A DNA stretch of 64,000 nucleotides, from NCBI RefSeq assembly GCF_009914755.1, contig NC_060928.1, one strand, 5' to 3'. A program made the translations under genes and the position numbers. The stretch is from the human T2T-CHM13v2.0 reference genome, Homo sapiens. The notes below the pieces were generated by a model. It saw only the letters and a list, made by a program, of their open reading frames with translations. It did no database searches and had not been told where the DNA came from. Below are positions 1 through 15,141 of this stretch, piece after piece (positions within the stretch are counted from its first letter, which is position 1; every line of letters begins with the position of its first letter).

Positions 1-670
1 ACTAAGCCGAAAAGGTATACTCATTGAAGTGCCACTACCTTCCATGTTCATTCCATCCCATTCCTTCCTACTCTTGTAGGTTCATTGACTTTGGTTATCC
101 TTTCTGTATTTCTTTTTGTAGAGATAAACACATGTATGCATATTATTTCCCCTTTAGTCTTATACAAAAGGTAGCATACTGTATTTGTTCTTTTGTCTTT
201 TTCATTTAACAATATCTCCTGGAAATTACTCTTTATCAGTCATAGAGATCAACCTTGCTCTGTTCCCAGCTGCATAATACTCCATTATTTGTATGTACCA
301 TTATCTATTTATCTAATTTCTTATATTTGGACATTTAGGTAGTTTCTAATATTTTGCCATAACAAGTAATGCTGTAGTTAATAGCCTTGTGCATATATAT
401 TTTCAATTTGTTGGAAGTATATCTTCAGGGTTAATTTCTAGGAGAGGAATTATTGAAATGAAAGATGAGTGTGTATGCAATTTTGTAGATGTTGCCAAAT
501 TTCTTTCCATTTGTGTTGTAATCTGCTCCCTTCCACCAAGCAATGTTTGAAAGTTATCCATAGACTTATGTCAGAGTGTATTGTCAAGCTTTTAAATCTT
601 TGTCAGTGTGATGGGTTTGAAAAGGTATTTCAGTGTAGTTTTAATTTACATTTCTCTAATGTTGACCAAG
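1..670 (-). mobile_element. Old L1M(E)-class 3' fragment
   Basis: Degenerate L1 3' antisense motifs (ggacatttaggtagtttc..., ggaattattg..., cccttccaccaagcaatgt). Confidence 0.6.
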
Positions 671-922
671 TTGAAAAACCTCTACTTTTTGAAGTTAGAG
701 GATTGCTAGCACAGCAACGTAACTTAAAATTCAAAGGTGCTACTAAAGAATACCTTTTTGCTTACATTTGGCCTTTCAGACTATTTGATCAGACTAAGAA
801 CTTCAGTCAGTAGAAGGCCAATCATATTTTTGAGTGGAGAATAGAAATTTGTTGGTACTTAAAAAACTTTCTTTGCACAACGGTGCCTTTTACGTTTTTT
901 CCTTTTCTTATGCTACTTCTAG

Positions 923-1038
923 GTTGGCCAGGTTCATGGCGGCTTGATGGGAATTATTCAGAGAGCTATGGTCAAGGCTTGTCCTCATGTCTGGTTTGAA
1001 CGCTCAGAAATGAAGGATCGACACCTGGTTACTAAGAG
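923..1038 (+). CDS. GPAT3: GPAT3 internal coding exon (VGQVHGGLMGIIQRAMVKACPHVWFERSEMKDRHLVTKR)
   Basis: Polypyrimidine tract + AG at 921-922; GTAAGC donor at 1039; 116 nt; GPAT3/4 acyltransferase motif region (PHVWFER); phase joins the next exon (AG|A = Arg). Confidence 0.96.
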
Positions 1039-1501
1039 GTAAGCAGTGAAATTACTCAGCATTCACTGGAGTAGCATAAAAGCTGACCAATCTTGGCCTT
1101 GCTACCAAAGAGGGCCGAGCAGCACTGAGTCTCAAAACTGAAACAGAGCCCTGTTTGCTGTTGGATTTTTCTGGCAAATCACCTGTCTTAGCCAGATTTT
1201 TAAAAAATGTAATTCTGTAGTCATGGTAGGATATATGATGGGATTGGAAGGCCAATGTATTTATATTGCTGTGACTTAGATATAGTCCAGTCACTGAATT
1301 TTCAAAGATAAAAATTACCACCTTTAAATTAGATATGATCTCACTTGAGTATAAGCAATTAAAAAAATAAATTAGATATGTATACTTTACCTCAATAAAA
1401 AATATATAAAAAAGAAAAAAAAACCACCTTGAAGGTTAAATATTTGATAACTACTTGCTAAATATATGATTGATTAAGTGTTTGCTGAATGATTGTTATC
1501 A

Positions 1502-1803
<302 letters not shown>

Positions 1804-2407
1804 GAAGATCCAGCTAGAGACAGAGGAATGGGAGAAGGAACCTCTGGGGTTTAGGGTAGAGATGAGCTACCAGAAACCTTCGTTAGGAAACAGCTTTTGG
1901 CCCGAGGCCTTTAACTGGAAGGCACATTGGTTATCGCTTCTATAAACACAAAGGTGGTCCATTACTCTTAATATAATGAAAAGTACTTGATGAATCTGCT
2001 TCAAGTTAGAAAAACGATTCCCTATCTTGAGATCATTTGGCAGTGGGACACTCTGGCAGCTGCAGTCTGGCTACCTCAGCCCTTACCAGCTCTGGAGAGA
2101 AGAGTTGGAAATATAGGGTTGGTTGCAGGGAGGACAGGACATAAGCCTGGAAGAATGTCAGTCTTTCTCAGCTTCATGGTGTGCAAATGGAAAGTTCAAC
2201 CTGAATCATTTAAGGATTGTCTTGTACTTAATGGCCATAATGCAGGTAGGTCCAGCAACCCAATATTCCCATTTTTCAGATGAGGAAACCTAAGTACATG
2301 GAGAAGAGCACAAAGCTCATGACACAGAGGCTCTAGAGTCCATGACTCTAGAGTCAAATGACTGTCTAATATTCTCTTTTAAGAATAGGCGAAGACACTG
2401 AAAATCA

Positions 2408-2737
<330 letters not shown>

Positions 2738-2935
2738 TTAGAGAAATTATAATGGTGCAGATCTTCTTAAACTTTTTTGGAAAGGAAACAACTCAAATTT
2801 ATTTCTTTTACCTGTATCTCAATTATTTTCTCCTTATTGCTTCACAATTGTGCCAGTAAAGTGCAAGGAATATCAAAAAGGACATCCACCTCTCTCTTTA
2901 TAAAGGCAGAATTTTGATCCTTTTTTTTTCCATAG

Positions 2936-2991
2936 ACTAAAAGAACATATTGCTGATAAGAAGAAACTACCCATACTAATTTTTCCTGAAG
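2936..2991 (+). CDS. GPAT3: GPAT3 coding exon (LKEHIADKKKLPILIFPEG)
   Basis: ttttttttccatag acceptor, GTAAGA donor, 56 nt; encodes the start of acyltransferase motif III FPEG(T). Confidence 0.96.
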
Positions 2992-3507
2992 GTAAGAATG
3001 GGCCTGCCTCCCGAGCTATAGTTGATAACAACAAACCATCAAAAGTGTGTGAGGAATAGAATTGCCATAGAATTGGCAACCTTAGCCCAGATCTCTGCCC
3101 TTAGAGGAATGGGATGGCACTCTCTGAGTTATTAATTCCTTGCTTTCTTTTGAGACTTGATAGAAGTCATGTTACCTTTTTAATTCAAAAGTCATTTCTG
3201 GGTAGTGAACTGAGAGCAGAATTGTCCGTGACTTTAAGGGTTGCATGTATTGAAATTTCACCTGTTGAGAAGTTGTTCCCATAGGCCCATAGAGTGTTCA
3301 GTAGAAAAGTAAAAGCTTGTTGTTAAACCTGCTTAGTCAGAACTATAGGATTACTACCTTGGCAGGGGTTCGTTTGTGATATGGTAGTACGATGCCTGTA
3401 ATTTTGATATTTTAAATTATTTTATATCAAAATAATTTCTTTTAAAATTTATTTTTAAAATGACTGCCTTTAAAAATATTCACGCTCCTACCCTCACCCC
3501 CTTGCAG

Positions 3508-3593
3508 GAACTTGCATCAACAATACTTCAGTCATGATGTTTAAAAAGGGGAGCTTTGAAATTGGAGGAACCATACATCCAGTTGCAATTAAG
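3508..3593 (+). CDS. GPAT3: GPAT3 coding exon (TCINNTSVMMFKKGSFEIGGTIHPVAIK)
   Basis: cttgcag acceptor, GTAAAA donor, 86 nt; completes FPEGT and carries FKKG and PVAIK motifs; in frame. Confidence 0.96.
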
Positions 3594-4128
3594 GTAAAAC
3601 AGATACCATAATAAGAATAATAATTATTATAAAGATATTGGATTGGTAATTTTATTTTGGTAGCATTTCAAACTTAAAATTTGCAAGAACGAGGAACACC
3701 AGTTTTCGGATGCACCAGTCCTCTGCACTTTGCCTCCCCTGCTTTCTCATGTGCTCGCTCTCTATATGTAGATAGATGTATACTGGGTGACTCTGTGCCA
3801 GGTGTTGTATTTGCTCATAGTGTTAAGTGAAACAGATTCTGTTCCTGCTTTCATCAGCCTTCTAGTTAAGTGTGGAGACAGATATTTAATAGTCATGTAA
3901 ATAACTCTTGTTGGTGTGCTCTTTGGTTCTATTTAGAAAAGCAGTCATCTCTAGTCAGATGTATTAGCTGGCCCAGTTTACTTTTTTTTTGATAAATTCC
4001 ATCAAGTGAAATAACTTTTTTTTTCTTAGAGTCTGATAAAGCTGTTTGGCCTACCACCTTTAAAACATTGGGCACGGATGAGAAACCACCCTTATTTCAT
4101 AACTGAGATGTATTTTCTTTTTTCTCAG

Positions 4129-4257
4129 TATAACCCTCAGTTCGGTGATGCATTTTGGAACAGTAGTAAATACAACATGGTGAGCTACCTGCTTCGAATG
4201 ATGACCAGCTGGGCCATCGTCTGTGACGTGTGGTACATGCCCCCCATGACCAGAGAG
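4129..4257 (+). CDS. GPAT3: GPAT3 coding exon (YNPQFGDAFWNSSKYNMVSYLLRMMTSWAIVCDVWYMPPMTRE)
   Basis: ttttctcag acceptor, GTATTC donor, 129 nt, phase 0-0; lies within ORF-track entry 4078..4272. Confidence 0.96.
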
Positions 4258-4720
4258 GTATTCCTTAGCTAACACTTTATCTAATCAGGTAGAGGCAAGG
4301 AGATCTTCACCTGAAAATCTGGGTGTCTCCCTTCTCCATGTCATGCTTTTCTGCTTTCTCAGCAAATGGGTCATTTTTTTAATGATGTATTTAGCTCACT
4401 TTAAATCAGACCATTTTATATTGAGAGATTATTTTCCACGATGGTTTTATAATTGCTGTTGGTTTATTGAACCTACAGATATTATCTTGGGTAAGACTAA
4501 TAAAGAGCGTAATAAATATATGCACATGGTAAAAAATTAAACAATACAACACTGCATTTTCTTTATAGAACAAATGATATTTGCTATGATTGATTAAGAA
4601 TAGAAAGCATTTGAGCTGAAATATGAATCTTATATTTTAAAACAAATACAAATGATTATGAGATGGTATTAAAAACTCGATAACTAAGATATTCTTGCAA
4701 TTTTTTTTTTTTTAAACCAG

Positions 4721-4800
4721 GAAGGAGAAGATGCAGTCCAGTTTGCTAACAGGGTTAAGTCTGCTATTGCTATACAAGGAGGCCTGACTGAACTTCCCTG
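4721..4800 (+). CDS. GPAT3: GPAT3 penultimate coding exon (EGEDAVQFANRVKSAIAIQGGLTELPW)
   Basis: T-tract+aaaccag acceptor, GTAAGA donor, 80 nt; conserved FANRVK motif. Confidence 0.96.
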
Positions 4801-4826
4801 GTAAGAGAACTTTCAGAAGTACTATC

Positions 4827-4828
<2 letters not shown>

Positions 4829-4868
<40 letters not shown>

Positions 4869-5161
4869 GAATGCCTCACTCTTTTACCCAGGCTGGAGTG
4901 CAGTAGCATGATCATAGTTCACTGTAGCCTGATCATAGTTCACTGTAGCCTTGACCGCCTGGGCTCAAGGGATCCTCCCATCTCAGCCTTCTGAGTAGCT
5001 GGGACTACAAGTGCTTGCCACTATGCCCAGCTATTTTAAAATTTTTTGTAGAGATGGGGTGTCCTTGTGTTGCTGAGGCTGGTCTCAAACTCCTGGACTT
5101 GAACTCCTGCCTAAGCCTTTCAAAGTGCTGGGATTACAGTCATGAGCTACTGTTCCTGGCC
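4829..5161 (-). mobile_element. Alu (J-like)
   Basis: Long poly-T then antisense Alu, ~28 nt after the exon donor. Confidence 0.9.
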
Positions 5162-5819
5162 TTTTCTTTTTTTTAATTAAAAAAATCACTGGTAATAATG
5201 TCATTTATCATTCTAGTCAGTTATAGGTTTAGCTGAAAGTAATAGTGGTTTATATATAACAATGGCTTAAGTAAGATAGAAGTTTATTTCTCACTTAAAC
5301 ATAACCAGTGAAGGCTGGTAACAGCTCAATCTGTGTTGCTTTACTCTCCTCAATTTGTGCTTCTCTTATGGTCTAAGATGGCTGTTCCAACTCTACTCAG
5401 TGTGTACAGCAAATGGCTATGAGGAAGGAATTTTAAAAAGGACACACCCATCTCTAAGAGCACAAGCTGAGAGTTGTATATCCCACTTATGCTTGTATCC
5501 ATTGGCTAGTACTCAAGTCATGTGATAACACCTAGCTGCAAAGGAAGCTGGGGAATGTAGTCTTTGTTCTGGGTGGCTATATGCCTATCTCACATTTAGG
5601 GTTCTTTTTCTTATGAAGAAAGCGGGAATGGATTTGTGAGTGGGGTGGGCATTGGGAGGCAAGGGGCTACTTACAGGCTCATTCATATTTAACTCTAGCT
5701 ATAACTATATTGTAAGAAAACTGAACAACTTGAAAGAAGGGAAATAAGTGAAATATTTTAGTTATGGATCACTATGGCTTTAGTTTTTGTTTGTTTGAGG
5801 AAGATTGAATATAGGTGAA

Positions 5820-6543
5820 TGTATTAGTCTGCTTGGGCTGCCAGACAAAATACAGTGGTCCCCTCTGGATAATGGGGGATATGTTCCAAGTGCCCTAGTA
5901 AATTCCTAATACCATGGATAGTACAAATCCTATATAGACTATGTTTTTTTCTATATGTACATAGCTATGATAAAGCTTAATTTATAAATTAGTAATAGAG
6001 ATTAACAACAATAACAACTGATAAAATAGAACAATTATAATAATACACTGACTAATAAAAGTTATGTGAATGTGGTCTCTCTCTTTCTCAAAATATCTTA
6101 ATATTTTCAGACCATGGTTGACTGTGGGTAACTGAAACCATGGAAAGCAAAACCTTGGATAAGGGGGGAGTTACTGTACCACAGACTGGGTGGCTTAAAC
6201 AACAGTTTTAGAACTGTTATTTTCCCACAGTTCTAAAGGCTGGAAGTTTGAGATCAGGGTGCAGCATGGTCAGTTTTTGATAAGGGCTCTCCTCTTGTGT
6301 TGCAGATAGCTGCATTCTCCTGTGTGCTTACATGATCCCTTCTTTGTGCAGGCATGAAGAGAGAGTGCAAGTTCTCTAGTGTTTCTTTTTATAAGGGCAC
6401 TAATCCCATGAGTGCTCCACCCTCATGACCTCATCTAACCCTAATTACCTCCCAAAGGATCCATCTCCAAATAGCACCATATTGGTAGTTAGGGCTTTAA
6501 CATATGAATTTTGGGGGAGACAAAAACATTCAGTCTATCTCAG
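5820..6543 (-). mobile_element. MaLR LTR (MLT1A/MST-like), interrupted by MER44
   Basis: tgtattagtctgcttgggctgcc...ccacagactgggtggcttaaacaac...ctaattacctcccaaagg motifs. Confidence 0.75.
5853..6176 (-). mobile_element. MER44A-like (Tigger7-derived MITE)
   Basis: TIRs cagtggtcccctc / ggggggagttactg flanked by TA TSDs. Confidence 0.75.
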
Positions 6544-6582
6544 TGAAGGTTAACTATACCTACATTATAATGGGGGATTGAA

Positions 6583-6880
6583 TTATTATTATTATTATTT
6601 GAGATGGAGTCCTCTCTGTCACCCAGGCTGGAGTGCAGTGGTGCAATCTGGGTCACTGCAACTTCCACCTCCTGGGTTTAAGCAATTCTCCTGCCTCAGC
6701 CTCCTGAGTAGCTGGGACTGCAGGCATGCACCACCATCCCCAGCTAATTTTTTTTGTATTTTTAGTAGAGATGGAGTTTCACTATGTTGGCCAGGCTGCC
6801 CTCCAACTCCTGACCTCAGGTGATCCACCTCAGCCTCCTAGAGTGCTAGGATTACAGACGTGAGCCACCGATCCTGGCCG
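6583..6880 (-). mobile_element. Alu (S-like)
   Basis: (ATT)n tail then antisense Alu. Confidence 0.9.
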
Positions 6881-7165
6881 GGAGATTGGATTCTTATTTA
6901 CATACAGGATGTTAAATTAGCAGGCTGTCACAAAACAGTCTATACCTCAAGTCCTATACAGTTAATAAACTCCCTGCTGTCTTTTTTGGTGTTTCAAAAA
7001 CACTTTGCAAGAAAAGTTTATTTCAGACAATTGTAGCAATGTTTCTAGGAGCAGGATTTGGCCAACTGAGTTAGGCTGTCAGCCAGGAAACCAGGGACCC
7101 TCCTGAACCAGCAGAGGATGGTTTAAGGTGTCTGCCTCTCGAAGAAGGGCTGGCTAGATATTACA

Positions 7166-7381
7166 CAGTAAGCATTCACTTCACATCATTGATAGGTTCT
7201 TGTAGGCTGTGACCTTAAGCAAAATGACTTTATAGTAGGTTCTTGAATAAATAACATCATTTTGTTCAATGTTGTTTCTTTATAATGTTGATGAGAAAAA
7301 ATATTGAGTTTTTTATGCATCATTTTGTTTAAAGTTGCAGTTTCTAAGAACCTATCAACAATGTTCAGGGAGGACTTACTG
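7166..7381. mobile_element. MER6-family MITE (TcMar-Tigger)
   Basis: Long TIRs cagtaagcattcactt..gataggttctt / aagaacctatc..gaggacttactg. Confidence 0.75.
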
Positions 7382-7532
7382 TACTCCATTATGCAAGGGT
7401 GGGGAATAACACTAAAATATTTATCCATTCACATAGCGTGAATACAACTAATTGCATCCAGGTAAACCAGTTTCTGATATCCATTATGCAAATTAACAAA
7501 CCACTAATTTCTACAGTGAAAACTCATTTCTA

Positions 7533-7857
<325 letters not shown>

Positions 7858-9586
7858 AATTTGTTATGCTAATTAACAAAGCTTGAGAAATCGATGGGCA
7901 ATAAAGATAAAGATAGCTGAAGCCATTAGTGGCATCTCTGAAAGGCGGCCTTCTGATTAAATGCTAGCTGACCACCCTGGAGTAAGAGTTCTTGACTAAC
8001 AAGGTGTATGACTTGAGTTCCATACATCCTGGAGTATGAAACTGACTAGTCCTAAGGCATAGGTTAAGACTAAACATTTGTATTACACTGTCTACATTGG
8101 AATATGTTAAACTAAATGACAGAATCATAGCATCACAAAACTATATAAAACGACCTTGGTCCACAGATGTCCTATAACCCATGGTCATACGTGCAACTGG
8201 GTTCCTTTTCCTTATTTAAAACTCTTTACTCACTCTTTATCTTACCTGACACTCAGCCCTCCTGCTTCTATCCTGAAGTCAGTGTCTGTAGTCTCAGACA
8301 CAGGAAGGGAAGAAAGCCTTGAGAGACAAGAACAACCTAGGGGAGTCAGCCAAGTACAGACTCTCCATCAGAGTGGCTGAACTAAATCCATCAAAAATGA
8401 TCCTCAGAATTGTCCAGTGTCCTTTTTTCAGGCCATATGCAATTGTATAATAAAATTACTTTTAATTACCTAGCCTCTTAAAAAAAAGAAAGTGGCCTCA
8501 TTGCCTTTCTAGATTTATTTGTCATGTACCTATTGGTTATGAATTAACATATCTAGATTGTTTTTTCATAGATTGAGTGAAAATATAATTTTATGATCTT
8601 AAACTGGCTTTTATATATGGCTGCTCCCTCTCTTAAGAACTAAGACCTGCTGCCATTGCAAAGGGGAATTGGATAAAATTTTGAAGTCTCTAAGGGGTGG
8701 CAAATCACAGTTTAAGTGCTTAGAGCAGCATGAGGTTTACTGGGTGCTTGGGAAGGAGAATTGTACAAAATGATGTCAGATTGCTCAAGACTTACATTTT
8801 TGCCTGTTTTGGGCTTGGATCTTGTGAAAGGAGAAAGGCCTTTCTTATTTCTTTAGTTTCCTTAGTTCTCACTATTCAGAATTCAGGTAAGTGCTGTTAA
8901 TAGAAGAAGCTCATTTGGATAAAAGAGGCTTATGTGGACAATTCTGTGGACCTAACAACAATTTATAATCTTGTTTCATGAAAACCTCCCACAACTGACC
9001 CACTGGATGATTTGTGGATCACAGTCTGTTTTTAAGTTGAGGACTTATTGCTGTGTCTTAGATTTGAGTCTAGAAGCCAGAACATTGCATTTGTCTCAAG
9101 CCGGTGTCTCTGTGGAGGTCAAGTTCTGTCCACATGGCATTGAGTTCACTGGCTAACCTACGATCATTCACCATCATCAGAAAGCATTTGGTAAACATGC
9201 ATGCTTAACTGGGTTAAAATTAAACAGTCAGAGTATAAAGTAAGCAAGTTCTCAGCCCATGCTCTCCTAGCAGTTAAAATCTAAAACTTTAGATTAGGAG
9301 CCAGATAGTGACCTATGATAGTCCAAACTACTCCCAGCAACTCCAGTTTGTTGTTTCTTTATGTGTAGTCCAAAGAAGGAAAAGCATGCAGAGTTCTTAT
9401 ACCCAGGCAGGCACCCTGGAGAGAGTTCAAAGATTTACAGGCTCTGAATGAAGGAATGCTGCTTACATAGGCACTTCTGGTTGAATGCAACTTATGATTT
9501 TGTTATTTTATTCGGAATCTGTTTTGGAATATAAATGATTATAAATGCTGGAAATATAGTGCTTTGAATGAAAATACAACTTGTTA

Positions 9587-9904
<318 letters not shown>

Positions 9905-10122
9905 TTAAACATAGATAGGGTTATATTTGAACAATGATTTATCTTTTTTGAATAATCATTTATCTTTAAGAAATTTACCCACACATATACAGTACCCTTA
10001 CCATTTCTTCTGTGTATATTTTAAATTTTCCTGTGGTTTTCTAGTAAGACATAGGTAGACGAAAAACCAGTATTTTGTTTTCCTTAAGGAATAATATAGA
10101 GAAATAATCCTAGTTTTAATAA

Positions 10123-10482
<360 letters not shown>

Positions 10483-10745
10483 TAAAGAAACTGAGTTGGG
10501 GATATTGTTACTTATTTTAACCAAACATCAGAGAGATTGTTCCTTCCTCAAAGTAATGTGTATTTGGCAAGTGGTAGGGCAGAAACTGAAACCTGGGTCT
10601 TCCTGTTTCCAAATCCAGTGTTCTTTCCCTTATTTCATCCCAGCTGCCTAAGCGTCATGGTATCATGCAGCATGTAATTATTAAGTTAACTCTTTTAAAT
10701 CACCGCTGTAAAGTATCTTTTATGTATTTGTCTTTCTGTTTGCAG

Positions 10746-10845
10746 GGATGGAGGACTAAAGAGAGCAAAGGTGAAGGACATCTTTAAGGAAGAGCAGCAG
10801 AAAAATTACAGCAAGATGATTGTGGGCAATGGATCTCTCAGCTAA
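10746..10845 (+). CDS. GPAT3: GPAT3 terminal exon, coding part (DGGLKRAKVKDIFKEEQQKNYSKMIVGNGSLS*)
   Basis: tttgcag acceptor; TG|G completes Trp of WDGGLKR; TAA at 10843-10845. The six exons total 567 nt = 188 aa + stop. Confidence 0.96.
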
Positions 10846-11953
10846 GAGGACGGATGACAGCCTTTAGATCTAGAACTAGCCCTTAGAAATGGAATGGCTT
10901 TTTTTGTTTTGTTTTGTTTTATTGTTTTGTTTTTATTATTGTTAATCTTTTCTACAGAATGATTGTCTCTACCTCTTTATGCCAGAGGCAGAACCTACAG
11001 GTGCCCTTTTTGGCTTTTGTTGTTGTTGTAACATTAGCCCCATGGATTGTAAGGTGGTTTACTGAGTTAAAACAGATTCTGCTTTTGTAAAATGATGGCA
11101 TCACTGTGGACTGAATGAAATATTTGTATAGAAAAAAGTGCTTGAAAAGTGTGTTTGGAACTCATCGATAGGGTAATTCTCCAAAAATGCCCAAACTCTT
11201 TTTCTGTAATTAGCCTTGCCACTTTCTTCAGTCACTTAAATGGTGAGATTACACATCAGTGCAAGATGACCATTATGGTTATGGTCTACTGCAAGGTTGA
11301 AAGGAAAAATGGAGGATTGTATTTAGGAAAAGGGACAACTTTGTGGCCACCTGCTCTGAAAGTCAAAAGGAAATGTAAATTAGTGTCATTAGTGTGTTGG
11401 AAGAGAAATACTATTCAGTAAGCTTCGCCAAAGAAAAGTGAGTCAAAGTTAATGTGTGTGCGCATTTATATGTAGGCAGCTCGTAGACCACATTTTAACC
11501 AGCAACTGGTAACAAAGAGCTTAGTTTTCCTTGTTTGAATGCTGTAGATCTGTACCTAGTACCCCTCCCATCTACTGATTTGTTTGTTTTTGTAACCAAA
11601 CACATTTTCAGATAGAAGGAGCCTTAAAAAAAAAAAATCACATTGAGTAACTTCAGTATGAATGAATGAGAGTGTGTGGAGCTACCCCTCACCCTCCACC
11701 CCTTTGTGCTTTTTATTCCCGAATTTTCCCAGTCTCTTAAACAGAAAAATGACTGATATAATTATCTTTTGGAAACTGAGCCTTAATTTTTTTTAGAGGG
11801 GGAAATAAGTTTTCCCCAACTCACACAGCATAAGCAATGTTTGACAGCAATATAATGCCGTTGTAAACTACTGAGAGTATTGTATCTGTTCTGGTAACCA
11901 TGTACAGAATGTGAAACTGTCTTATGAATATAAATAAATTCTATATTTCTAAA
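10846..11953 (+). other. GPAT3: GPAT3 3' UTR (~1.1 kb)
   Basis: U-rich sequence free of obvious interspersed repeats, from the stop codon to the poly(A) site; end inferred from the signal position. Confidence 0.8.
11933..11938 (+). terminator. Polyadenylation signal AATAAA
   Basis: AATAAA with upstream TGTA motifs (11881, 11901) and downstream GU-rich tgtgtgttg (~11954). Confidence 0.85.
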
Positions 11954-13287
11954 TGTGTGTTGCATTATTCCCCCTTCCCTTCCCCCCTTTTCTGGTTTTG
12001 AGTAAGTTAAATTCTTTCCTATTACAAACAAGGGTTGTTTGTTTTTCATTTCAGTGACATAGTTAGATTTTATTGGACTGGAACAAATGGGAAACAAGAA
12101 CATGAGCCACTGATTCTCCCCCTCCCCTCCCGCCGCTTAAATCTTTTTTTCAGTCTAGTCATTTGGACTCTGGCCCTGTGAACTCCACCTTGAGCAATGT
12201 CACAGACTACAGTTATTTTGCAGGTGAATTAAGGCAATTATATCTAACTATCTAGGTAGGCCTGGCATAGCACTATCAGTATATACTCTTCTTATCTATC
12301 TAGCTAGTTGGATTTCATCCCAAAAGAAAACTTGCAAATAGGTTACTCTCATGGCCATCCACCTCTCTGTTCTCACTCTCCCCACTTTCCCTTTGTTGTT
12401 TGGTGAAATTTTGCCCCACAAACTCTATTAGGAGTGGTCTTGACTGAAAATTAGCAAATCCAAATATGTATGTTGGGTGACATTTTGTCTTAATTTTTTT
12501 CCTCAGAGAAAGGAGTGCCTTTTTTTTTTTGTAAATTCTATGTTAATTATGGCTTGAATTAACAAATCTATTTCATTAGCCCAATTCTCAGACAAGTGTA
12601 TCTTTCCAAAAGCACTGTAAAAATAACAGTGCTATCATGTATTCACTAGATAACCTAATAGTGTCTCAATCTGAACTTTTGTCTTCTACAAGACTGATTT
12701 ACACAACTAGGTTTCAGGTTGCTTGAGGAATTGCCATGTTGTTGAAACCATGTTTTTGGAAAGCTGATATTGCTCAGATTTAGTGTATGCTCCTTAGAGC
12801 TCCTTTTATGTTTGCTTTCACTAATATTATTCCATACCCACTTTAGAGATATTGTGTCCAGAGTTTAGTATTCCTGAGTCTTCCCTAATTGTAAGGCAAT
12901 ATGAAGGGAAGGCAGGATTTGGTAGAAAAATCTCATCAGATAAGTAAGACCTTTCATCGAACTCTTGCATACATTCATTAATTGAGCCTCGAGGTTGCCC
13001 TATTTTTATTTCAATTATTTGTCCTGCAGTCATATTTATAGACAGCAGGTTCTAGGAATGCCAAGGGTTTCTAAAATATGCCACATTCTGGGACTGGATG
13101 AGCAGCCATGTGTGAAACGGTAAATATACCCGGAGCGCAGGGGAAATAGTTTCAGATGCCACTCTGGGGCAAAGAACAGTCTCAGGGGAAGTTTTCCTGC
13201 GTCAACAGACTTTCCAAGGCATAGTCATCTTTGTCTTGGTGCTTTGCATGATCTCAGTGCATATGTTGCAGTTTGCACATTCTGTTG

Positions 13288-13372
13288 ATTTTTTTTTATT
13301 ATACTTGAAGCTCTAGGGTACATGTGCACAACGTGCAGGTTTGTTACATACGTATACATGTGCCATGTTGGT
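13288..13372 (-). mobile_element. Very short L1PA 3' terminal fragment
   Basis: ttttattatacttgaagctctagggtacatgtgcacaacgtgcaggtttgttacat matches the L1PA 3' end, antisense. Confidence 0.85.
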
Positions 13373-13745
13373 ATTTTAACCTACATGATAAGGGTTGTTG
13401 GTTTCTTGTGAGTACAAATAATGTATTGTAGTCATGGGGACTGCCTCTTGGCCAAAGCTGCTTTCAGGCTTTTTTTTTTTTCCTTCAATGTGGCACTATT
13501 AACCTAAACTGCTTCATGATAGAAAAGGGTAGGTTATGATAGGAGGATAGGCTGGGGGTGGAGGTGGGGTGGAGGGAAGTGGGGAAGGGTGTTGTGGCAG
13601 GTGTAGGGGGCAAGGCTGGGATCTGGGATTGATACTGCTAGGGGCCCTAATAAGTATCTTCACAAAAGCTGTGTGTTTGCTTTTGTTTTTTAACAGCTGT
13701 TTCTAGTGGATTGATACTAGCTATGATTTAAAAAAAAATGGTTAA

Positions 13746-14114
<369 letters not shown>

Positions 14115-14755
14115 TAATGCTCAGTAAATATTTATTATTATTACTACTGCTGTAAGCAAGCATTGGTGATTGGCTCATAACGTCTTCTACTTGCCATATG
14201 TCTTTATTAGCTCAGTTCATATTCATATCCCTTTTTATAGGTGATAGATTGTAACTTCTCAATCCTGTGTGTTTTCCTTCAGAATCAGCACTTGTTCCCA
14301 AATAAAATAGTTTCAGTCATCCGCAGCACTGTACTGCAGCCCTATTTTTCAAAATTGGGCAGTCTAGGGAAAGGGCTTTCCTTTGGTTTTGTTGTTTTCT
14401 TTCCTCATGTATAGTGGCTGTGCCCAAAATGTAAGGAAAATCAAGAAATTGCAAAATATATCATCAGGCTATTCATATTAAATGTAAAACATTAAGTAAT
14501 ATTTAAGTTAATTTGTGGCTTGTAAAAACTTTGGAAGCTTTATATAATGAACTAATGGCACATAATTTCTGAAAGTTTTAATTAGACCCTGTTGATATTT
14601 GCAACATCAGCCTTAGCATATCTATTTTTAAATTATTATTAATTGATAGATAATTGTACATATTTATGAGGTACAGTGTGGTATTTTTATACATGTGTAC
14701 AACGTGTACAACGTGTAGTGATCAAATCAAGATAATTAGCAAATCCATCACCTTA

Positions 14756-15141
<386 letters not shown>

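Noticed and set aside
7166-7381. Long hairpin in the last GPAT3 intron
   Set aside because: Explained by the MER6 terminal inverted repeats.
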